Of a stretch of 32,000 nucleotides of DNA, positions 25,334 to 32,000 are shown piece by piece. The notes under the pieces are model-generated. The model saw only the letters and a program-made list of their open reading frames with translations, searched no databases and was not told the DNA's origin. Each line of letters begins with the position of its first letter. The first letter of the stretch is position 1. The DNA is from Halomicrobium mukohataei DSM 12286 (GTDB taxonomy: Archaea > Halobacteriota > Halobacteria > Halobacteriales > Haloarculaceae), in NCBI RefSeq assembly GCF_000023965.1, contig NC_013202.1:630001-662000 (forward strand), read 5' to 3'. The translations under genes were made by a program, and so were the position numbers.

Positions 25334-25523
25334 GATTAGTTCCTAGCCACCGCAGTGCGAACTGCTCACACCCCGAATGTACGATCTGTGCTATTTAAGC
25401 CTCTCCACTCGCCAATCTGTGTATAAGATGATACGTTTGCGCTGTCAGTGTGTCTCGTTTAGACGGTAACACCACCGTCGCAGGTACCACATCGCTCGAA
25501 GACTCTCTCTCGTGACCGACCGC

Positions 25524-25769
25524 TCACGGAATCAGTTGCTCGCCGTCGTCGTCGTAGACGGCGATGGCGTCGACGGGACAGGAGCGGGCCGCGAACTTCG
25601 CGTCGAGTTCCGCTCCGTCGGGGACCTCTCGGACGAAGACGCCGTCGTCGGTCTCCTCGCTGTCGGCCAGGACGGCCTTGCCGGCGTCCTCGTCGCGTTC
25701 GAACTCGTCCCACTCGGCGACGCACTGGAACATCCCGATACAGGTGTCCCGGTCGTACTCGATTCGCAT
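25524..25769 (-). CDS. small acidic ferredoxin (divergent mono-cluster type)
   Basis: MRIEYDRDTCIGMFQCVAEW...ARSCPVDAI. The internal ATG at 25769 is chosen because the upstream part of the ORF-track ORF is Arg/Pro-rich shadow sequence. Confidence 0.7.
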   Translation of the reverse strand: MRIEYDRDTCIGMFQCVAEWDEFERDEDAGKAVLADSEETDDGVFVREVPDGAELDAKFAARSCPVDAIAVYDDDGEQLIP

Positions 25770-25838
25770 ACCCGCGCTTGCGGCCTCTCGGGCAAAGTGC
25801 TGTCGCCATCGACCACGATCGCGACGCGAGGGCGACAG

Positions 25839-25844
25839 TTTAAA
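25839..25844 (+). promoter_or_regulatory. TATA box TTTAAA for hel308
   Basis: It ends 26 nt before ATG 25871. That spacing is typical of leaderless haloarchaeal transcripts. Confidence 0.45.
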
Positions 25845-25870
25845 CCACCGGAGGAGCCAAGCGAGGCGTA

Positions 25871-28297
25871 ATGGACGTTGCGGACCTGCCAGGTGTTCCG
25901 TCGTGGCTGCCAGAGCACCTGCAGTCGGCGGGGATCGAGGCACTGTACCCACCGCAGGCCGAGGCCGTCGAGGCCGGCGTCACGCGGGGCGAGAACCTCG
26001 TCGCCAGCATCCCGACCGCCAGCGGCAAGACTCTGATCGCCCAGCTGGCGATGCTGTCGGCGATCACGGACGCCGCGGGAGCGAGCGAGCGGGAGCGAAG
26101 CGACCCGGAGACGCCTCCTGCAGACGGCGACGGCACCGCCCTCGGCGGCACGGCGCTGTACATCGTCCCACTGCGGGCGCTTGCCAGCGAGAAGCAGGCC
26201 GAGTTCGAGGAGTTCGAGCAGTACGGGCTCGACGTGGGCGTCTCGACGGGCAACTACGAATCCGACGGCGGGTGGCTCGCCGACAAGGACATCGTCGTCG
26301 CTACCAGCGAGAAAGTCGACTCGCTGGTGCGCAACGACGCGCCGTGGCTCGACGACCTGGCCTGTGTCGTCAGCGACGAGGTCCACCTCGTCGACGACGC
26401 CGAACGCGGACCGACGCTGGAGGTGACCCTCGCGAAGCTCCGTCGGATCAACCCCGACATGCAGACGGTGGCGCTGTCGGCGACGATCGGCAACGCCGAC
26501 GTGCTCGCCGAGTGGCTCGACGCCGAACTCGTCGACTCGGACTGGCGGCCCATCAGCCTGAAGAAGGGGGTCCACTTCGGACAGGCGCTCCACCTCGAAG
26601 ACGGCAGCCAGTCGGAGCTGCCGGTCCGCAACAGCGAGAAGCAGACCGCCGCCATCGTCCGGGACACCCTCGACGACGACGGCTCGACGCTGGTGTTCGT
26701 CAACTCCCGGCGCAACGCGGAGGCCGCCGCGGGACGGCTGGCCAGCGTCACACGCGAGGCCCTGACTCCGGCGGAGCGAGAGCAACTCGCGGACGTGGCC
26801 GCGGAGATCAGAGACGTGAGCGACACCGAGACGAGCGACGACCTGGCCGACGCCGTCGCCGACGGAGCCGCCTTCCACCACGCCGGGATCGCGAGCGGGC
26901 ACAGAGAACTCGTCGAGGACGCCTTCCGCGACCGCCTGCTGAAGGTCGTCAGCGCCACCCCGACGCTGGCGGCGGGAGTCAACACGCCCAGCCGCCGGGT
27001 CGTGGTCCGGGACTGGCGACGCTACGACGGCACCGCTGGCGGAATGCAGCCCCTCTCGGTGCTCGAAGTCCACCAGATGATGGGGCGGGCCGGCCGTCCG
27101 GGGCTTGACCCCTACGGCGAGGCGATCATCCCCGCCGCGAGCCACGACGAACTCGACGAGCTGTTCGACCGGTACGTCTGGGCCGACCCGGAGCCGGTCC
27201 AGTCGAAGCTGGCCGCCGAGCCGGCGCTGCGGACTCACCTGCTGGCGACGGTCGCGAGCGGCTTCGCCCGCTCTCGGGACGGGCTGCTGGAGTTTCTCGA
27301 ACGCACTCTCTACGCGACACAGACCGACGAGAGCGGGCGGCTGGCACGAGTCGTCGACGAGGTGCTGGGCTACCTGCAGCGCAACGACTTTCTGGAGCGT
27401 GACGGCGAGGAACTCTCGGCGACCTCGCTCGGACACACCGTGTCCCGGCTCTACCTCGATCCGATGAGCGCCGCCGAGATCATCGACGGTCTGCGGTCGG
27501 GCGGTGGATCTGCCGCCAACGGCGACGACGCGAGCGAGGAACCGGCCGGATTCACGACCGCGAGCGACCTCGCCGACGAGGCGGGCGGCGACGAAGCGAA
27601 GGACCCGACCGCGATGGGACTGTACCACCTCGTCGCGCGCACCCCGGACATGTACGAGCTGTACCTCCGTTCTGGCGACGAGGAGGAGTACAGCCAGATC
27701 GCCTTCGAGCGTGAGGCGGAGTTCCTCGGGCGCATGCCGTCGGAGTTCGAAGACGACCGCTTCGAGGACTGGCTCGCCGCGCTCAAGACCGCACGCTTGC
27801 TGGAAGACTGGGCCAGCGAGGTCGACGAGGACGAGATCACCGACCGCTACGGCGTCGGCCCCGGCGACATCCGCGGCAAGGTCGAGTCCGCCCAGTGGCT
27901 GCTGGGGGCCGCCGAGTCGCTGGCGAGCGAACTCGGGCTCGACGCCGCGCCGGCCATCCGGCGCGCCCGGACCCGAGTCGAGCACGGCGTCCGCGAGGAG
28001 CTGGTCGATCTGGCTGGCGTCCGCGGCGTCGGGCGCAAGCGCGCACGCCGGCTGTTCGACGCCGGCATCGAGAGCCGTGCCGACCTCCGGGACGCCGAGA
28101 AGTCGGTCGTGCTGGCGGCGCTGCGAGGCAGAGCCAAGACCGCCGAGAACGTCCTGGAGAACGCCGGCCACCGCGATCCGTCGATGGACGGCATCGAGCC
28201 CTCCGAGGAAGTGTCCTACGAGCGAAGCGACAGCGACGGTCGAGCGTCGGACGGCGAGGAGGCGACAGACGACCAGACCAGCCTGGGTGATTTCTGA
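25871..28297 (+). CDS. hel308: ATP-dependent DNA helicase Hel308
   Basis: Motifs [12 protein letters not shown] (VSDEVHLV), SAT and MMGRAGRPG. There is a C-terminal helix-hairpin-helix [20 protein letters not shown]. It is followed by cgi121, as is typical in haloarchaea. Confidence 0.9.
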   Translation: MDVADLPGVPSWLPEHLQSAGIEALYPPQAEAVEAGVTRGENLVASIPTASGKTLIAQLAMLSAITDAAGASERERSDPETPPADGDGTALGGTALYIVPLRALASEKQAEFEEFEQYGLDVGVSTGNYESDGGWLADKDIVVATSEKVDSLVRNDAPWLDDLACVVSDEVHLVDDAERGPTLEVTLAKLRRINPDMQTVALSATIGNADVLAEWLDAELVDSDWRPISLKKGVHFGQALHLEDGSQSELPVRNSEKQTAAIVRDTLDDDGSTLVFVNSRRNAEAAAGRLASVTREALTPAEREQLADVAAEIRDVSDTETSDDLADAVADGAAFHHAGIASGHRELVEDAFRDRLLKVVSATPTLAAGVNTPSRRVVVRDWRRYDGTAGGMQPLSVLEVHQMMGRAGRPGLDPYGEAIIPAASHDELDELFDRYVWADPEPVQSKLAAEPALRTHLLATVASGFARSRDGLLEFLERTLYATQTDESGRLARVVDEVLGYLQRNDFLERDGEELSATSLGHTVSRLYLDPMSAAEIIDGLRSGGGSAANGDDASEEPAGFTTASDLADEAGGDEAKDPTAMGLYHLVARTPDMYELYLRSGDEEEYSQIAFEREAEFLGRMPSEFEDDRFEDWLAALKTARLLEDWASEVDEDEITDRYGVGPGDIRGKVESAQWLLGAAESLASELGLDAAPAIRRARTRVEHGVREELVDLAGVRGVGRKRARRLFDAGIESRADLRDAEKSVVLAALRGRAKTAENVLENAGHRDPSMDGIEPSEEVSYERSDSDGRASDGEEATDDQTSLGDF

Positions 28298-28797
28298 TGC
28301 AGCTGATCGAAGGCACTGCGACCGTCGACGACGTGGACGAGTTCGTCGAACGGCTCGGATCGCTGGGCGAGGACCACGGCGTCGTCGTCCAGGCGTTCGA
28401 CGCCCGCTACGTCGTCGACCGACGGCACCTCGAACGGGCGGTCGAGTTGGCCGATCGCGCGTTCGACCGCGGCGAGTCGATCGCCCGCGACCGGGCCGTC
28501 GAGATCCTGCTGTACGCCGCCGGTCGCCGCCAGATCAACCGCGCGCTGGCGATGGGCGTCGGAGACGGCAGCCAGCCCGCCGTCGTCGTGGTCCACGACC
28601 CCACGGGCGAGGGCAGCGAGGCCGCGGCCGCCGACGCCGTCAGCGCCCTGCTCGAACCGGGCGAGACGCTCGGCGACTACGACGAGGGGGTCGTGCGGGA
28701 GTTCTTCGACGTGAGTGAGGCCGAGCTGGCGGCGACCAGTGGCACGCTCTCGGATCTCGTCGCCGAGCGGGTCGCCCTGTTGACCGTCGAGCGATGA
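28297..28797 (+). CDS. cgi121: KEOPS complex subunit Cgi121
   Basis: QAFDARYVVDRRHLERAVELADRAF...EILLYAAGRRQINRALAMGV. The ATG overlaps the hel308 stop (TGATG). Confidence 0.8.
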   Translation: MQLIEGTATVDDVDEFVERLGSLGEDHGVVVQAFDARYVVDRRHLERAVELADRAFDRGESIARDRAVEILLYAAGRRQINRALAMGVGDGSQPAVVVVHDPTGEGSEAAAADAVSALLEPGETLGDYDEGVVREFFDVSEAELAATSGTLSDLVAERVALLTVER

Positions 28798-28926
28798 CGC
28801 CGCGGTCGCCGACGGCAGCGTCCGTGTCGCGGGTGCGAGACGTGTCCGCCTCTCGTCACGTATGACGATCCCCCCAGAACGGTATTAAGAAGCTATAACA
28901 CCGCCTGTGGCGGGATTTTGGGTACG

Positions 28927-29877
28927 ATGATGTACTTCGAGGGAGCCGGACTCTTGATCGGTGCGATCGCACTCGGGGCGATCCACGGCATCGAGCCGGG
29001 ACACGGCTGGCCCGTGGCCGCCTCCTACGCCCTGGACCAGACGAACAAGTGGGCGTACGGCTTCGCCGCGAGCCTGATCCTCGGCGTCGGCCACCTCGTC
29101 AGCAGCATCGCGATGGTCGGCGCGTTCTTCTACGCCAAGGAGTATTTCAGCCTCACGCAGGTCAACGAGCCGATAACGGTGGTCGGCGGCCTCCAGATTG
29201 GCGGCCCCGTCAGTCTCGTGGCCGGCGTCCTGCTGATCGCGCTCGGGCTCCGAGAGTACCTGTCGGGCCACACGCACGGCACCAGTACCGGCCACGACCA
29301 CGGTCACACACACGGCACGGACGACGGCCACGGGGGGCATCACCACACGGGCACCGACGATCACGGGCACGGAGACGGCAGTCACGAGCACCACAGTGAA
29401 GCCGACGAGCACGCCCAGTCGCGCGAGCGAGCGGACCGCAGCCTCGTCGATCGACTGATACTACCGGCTGTAAATCTGTCACGGATTTCGCCACCCTGGG
29501 GTGGCGAATATCTGAACGAAGTTACAGCCGGCAGTATGAAGACGGTGGTGCCGTTCGTCGGCGGCGGGCACGCGCACGGAGAGATGGACACCGACCGTGG
29601 CCTCCTGGGAATCGCGTGGTTTGCGTTCGTCCTGGGGTTCGCACACGAAGAGGAGTTCGAGATCATCGCACTCTGTGCCGGTTCGGACGCGTGTCTCGAA
29701 CTCATGGGTGCGTACGCGCTGACGGTCGTCGTCGGCATCGTCGGGCTGACGATGCTGTTGATCGCGGGCTACGAGCGCTGTGAGGAGCGAGTCGAGCAGT
29801 ACACGCCGTATCTCCCCGTGTTCTCTGCACTGGTCCTCGTCGTCATGGGGATCGGATTCGTCACCGGCATCTTCTGA
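28927..29877 (+). CDS. NicO/RcnA-like nickel/cobalt transporter with His-rich loop, carrying an in-frame MITE insertion
   Basis: Family motif HGIEPGHGWP. The His-rich loop is GHTHGTSTGHDHGHTHGTDDGHGGHHHTGTDDHGHGDGSHEHH, followed by a second membrane half. A TATAA box at 28894-28898 favours ATG 28927; a TTG at 28918 is the alternative. The reading frame stays open through the MITE. Confidence 0.7.
   Translation: MMYFEGAGLLIGAIALGAIHGIEPGHGWPVAASYALDQTNKWAYGFAASLILGVGHLVSSIAMVGAFFYAKEYFSLTQVNEPITVVGGLQIGGPVSLVAGVLLIALGLREYLSGHTHGTSTGHDHGHTHGTDDGHGGHHHTGTDDHGHGDGSHEHHSEADEHAQSRERADRSLVDRLILPAVNLSRISPPWGGEYLNEVTAGSMKTVVPFVGGGHAHGEMDTDRGLLGIAWFAFVLGFAHEEEFEIIALCAGSDACLELMGAYALTVVVGIVGLTMLLIAGYERCEERVEQYTPYLPVFSALVLVVMGIGFVTGIF
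29459..29536 (+). mobile_element. MITE copy B (78 bp), flanked by TGA/TGA direct repeats at 29456-29458 and 29537-29539
   Basis: The TIRs and internal hairpins are the same as in copy A. It has 2 substitutions relative to copy A. It lies inside the NicO-like ORF. Confidence 0.9.
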
Positions 29878-29906
29878 GGCAGACGGTCGTCAGTCCGTGA
29901 ACCGGG

Positions 29907-31310
29907 CTACGTCGTCGGGTTCTCCAGGACGATGGTCTGGTCGCGGCCGGGGCCGACGCCGATGGCGTATAGCGGCGTGTCCAGCTCCGACTCGACGAAG
30001 TCGAGGTAGTCGCGGGCGTTGTCCGGAAGCGCGTCGTAGCCCTCGCTGGCGACGGCGTCCCAGTCGACCTCGGGCCAGCCGTCGAACGTGCGGTAGTTCA
30101 CCGAGCAGCGACCCCACTCCTCGGTCGTCGGCGGGACGGTGTCGATCTCGGTGCCGTCGAGATCGTAGCTGACGCCGACCTGAACCTCGTCGAGGCCGGC
30201 CAGCACGTCGATGTGGCCGACGACGACGCCGGTGAACCCGCTGGCCCGCGTCGCGTGGCGAAGCACCGGGAGGTCGAGCCAGCCGACACGGCGCGGCCGG
30301 CCGGTGACGGTGCCGTACTCACCGCCCTCGTCGCGGATGTAGGTCGCGAGTTCCTCCTCGCGCTCTCCGGCATCACTCAGCGGCTGCGCCGCTTCGTGGT
30401 CCGAGGCGCGCTGCGCCTCGCTGCCCTCGTAGCCCGGCGTGTCGCCCTCGACGCCGGCAAGCTCGGTCGGCAGCGGGCCGCTCCCGACGCGCGTGGTGTA
30501 GCCTTTGACGATCCCGACGATCTCGCCCTGTCCGATCTCGGTCGGGCCGAGGCCGGTGCCGGTACAGGCCCCGCCAGCGGTCGGGTTCGACGAGGTGACG
30601 AAGGGATAGTTTCCGTGGTCGATGTCGATGAGCGTCCCCTGTGCGCCCTCCAGCAGCACCTCGTCGCCGTCGTCGATGCGAGACTGGAGGTAGTCGCCGC
30701 AGTTGACGGTCATCTCTTCGTCGGCGAGTCGCTCGCCGTAGCCGCTGTAGGTCTCGAAGAGCGCCGTCAGATCGAGTTCCTCGCCGGCCTGCTTGTCGTA
30801 GACCTCCTCGACGACGGCACGCTTCTGGGGGACGACGTACTCCAGTCGCGTCCGCAACACCTCGTCGTCGAGCAGGTCGCCGACCCTGATTCCTCGCCGA
30901 CCGGCCTTGTCCTCGTAGGTCGGGCCGATGCCCCGGCCCGTCGTCCCGACCTCCTCGTCTTTGTCCTCCTCTTCGATCCCGTCCAGTCGCCGGTGGTACG
31001 GGAAGATGACGTGGGCGCGCTCTGCGACGCGCACGTCCGGATCGAGGCCGCGCTCGCGGAGAGCGTCGAGTTCGTCGAACAGCGTCTCGGGGTTGACGAC
31101 ACAGCCGTTGCCGATGACGCAGGTCTTCCCCCGAACGACGCCGGAGGGCAGCAAGGAGAGTTCGTAGGTCTCGTCGCCGACGACGACGGTGTGGCCGGCG
31201 TTGTCGCCGCCCTGATAGCGAACGACGACGTCGGCACCCTCGCCGTAGAGATCGACGGTGCCGCCCTTCCCCTCGTCGCCCAGCTGCGAACCGATGATCG
31301 TGACGGTCAT
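29907..31310 (-). CDS. purA: adenylosuccinate synthase
   Basis: GSQLGDEGKGG P-loop, GGDNAGHT and TGRPRRVGWLD. 467 aa. Confidence 0.95.
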   Translation of the reverse strand: MTVTIIGSQLGDEGKGGTVDLYGEGADVVVRYQGGDNAGHTVVVGDETYELSLLPSGVVRGKTCVIGNGCVVNPETLFDELDALRERGLDPDVRVAERAHVIFPYHRRLDGIEEEDKDEEVGTTGRGIGPTYEDKAGRRGIRVGDLLDDEVLRTRLEYVVPQKRAVVEEVYDKQAGEELDLTALFETYSGYGERLADEEMTVNCGDYLQSRIDDGDEVLLEGAQGTLIDIDHGNYPFVTSSNPTAGGACTGTGLGPTEIGQGEIVGIVKGYTTRVGSGPLPTELAGVEGDTPGYEGSEAQRASDHEAAQPLSDAGEREEELATYIRDEGGEYGTVTGRPRRVGWLDLPVLRHATRASGFTGVVVGHIDVLAGLDEVQVGVSYDLDGTEIDTVPPTTEEWGRCSVNYRTFDGWPEVDWDAVASEGYDALPDNARDYLDFVESELDTPLYAIGVGPGRDQTIVLENPTT

Positions 31311-31378
31311 ACCGCCCCGGTATTTTTACCCTCGCTACAAATCGGTGCCGGTTTGACCGGGCGGTCGGGGCCGACCCG

Positions 31379-31921
31379 TCAGTACTCCCGCTCGCCGGCT
31401 TCGATCGTGGTGTCGAGCCAGTTGGCTTCGGGTGGGAGCGGACAGGAGAACGTCTCGCTGTAGGCACAGAACGGCGAGTACGCGAGGTTGAAATCGAGCA
31501 CGACCTCGTCGCCGTCGGCGAGGGTCTCGTCGGGCTCCAGTTCCATGTAGCGCCCGCCGGAGTAGGTCTGCTGGCCGGTCGTCTTGTCGCGGAAGGGGAC
31601 GAAGATCGCGTCGTCGGCGTCCTGACGGTAGCCCGCGAGTTCGTACGCCGCACCGTCGATCTCGAAGTCGAACGTGACGACGCGCCGGTAGCGGACCGTC
31701 CGGCCGTCGCTGGTCTCCATCTCGACCGGCTCGGGCGCGTCGGCGACGGTGACCGTCGCAGTCACCCGGTAGGTCGGATCGGGATCGAAGTAGTCCAGCC
31801 CCTCGAAGTCGTCCCGTTCCTCGGGCGGGATCGGCGACTGACGGTGTTCGTCGAAGAAGGCGTCTTTCTCCTCGCGACTCGCTCGCAGTTCGTCGGCCCA
31901 TCCGTCGGGTACGTCGCTCAT
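31379..31921 (-). CDS. DUF1684 domain-containing protein
   Basis: The C-terminal LDFNLAYSPFCAYSETFSCPLPPEANWL...IEAGE is characteristic of DUF1684. 180 aa. Confidence 0.75.
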   Translation of the reverse strand: MSDVPDGWADELRASREEKDAFFDEHRQSPIPPEERDDFEGLDYFDPDPTYRVTATVTVADAPEPVEMETSDGRTVRYRRVVTFDFEIDGAAYELAGYRQDADDAIFVPFRDKTTGQQTYSGGRYMELEPDETLADGDEVVLDFNLAYSPFCAYSETFSCPLPPEANWLDTTIEAGEREY

Positions 31922-31949
31922 GGGACGGGCTACGCCGCGGGGATGTTTA

Positions 31950-31962
31950 TACTGCCGGCTGT
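31950..31962 (-). mobile_element. solo MITE-type terminus TACTGCCGGCTGT preceded by TTA; either a relic or the end of a longer related element running off the window
   Basis: 13/13 match to the G-variant terminal inverted repeat, preceded by a TNA triplet (TTA, 31947-31949). The downstream sequence (CGGGCGCGAGCG...) does not match the MITE interior. Confidence 0.5.
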
Positions 31963-32000
31963 CGGGCGCGAGCGAGACACGACAGGCTCGGCGACGAGAG

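Overview
High-GC haloarchaeal-type chromosomal segment. Support for this: acidic proteins, an HTH-10 Bat-type regulator, the Hel308 + Cgi121 pair, and TATA boxes about 26-28 nt upstream of many start codons. I support about 27 protein genes, mostly housekeeping. They are two small paralogous membrane proteins, a HAD hydrolase, a Ski2-like helicase, lipA, and a 2-oxoacid dehydrogenase operon (E1alpha, E1beta, E2, no E3). Then come a PQQ-like beta-propeller protein on a low-GC islet, an ABC ATPase plus permease, an OYE-type flavin oxidoreductase, leuS and a PAS/GAF/HTH-10 regulator. The remainder are an NAD epimerase, a conserved hypothetical preceded by a 29-aa membrane micro-ORF, a MATE exporter, an Mqo-like flavoprotein, a ferredoxin, hel308, cgi121, a NicO/RcnA-like His-rich metal transporter, purA and a DUF1684 protein. 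I saw no rRNA, tRNA or CRISPR array. The main structure not explained by genes is a 78-bp hairpin-rich MITE family with 15-bp terminal inverted repeats and 3-bp TNA target duplications. It has two near-identical copies (11126-11203 and 29459-29536), one degenerate copy (753-829) and one solo terminus (31950-31962). Copy B sits in frame inside the metal-transporter gene, because 78 + 3 = 81 bp = 27 codons. Copy A abuts a 184-bp duplicated fragment of the E2 gene whose identity to the functional E2 is mosaic, which looks like gene conversion. Several conserved genes (E2, leuS twice, the Bat-like regulator, hel308) also carry in-frame insertions built from related GCGAGCG-flanked nucleotide modules. 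One 12-mer of this module is read in different frames in different genes. All family calls come from motifs read by eye; no database search was possible.
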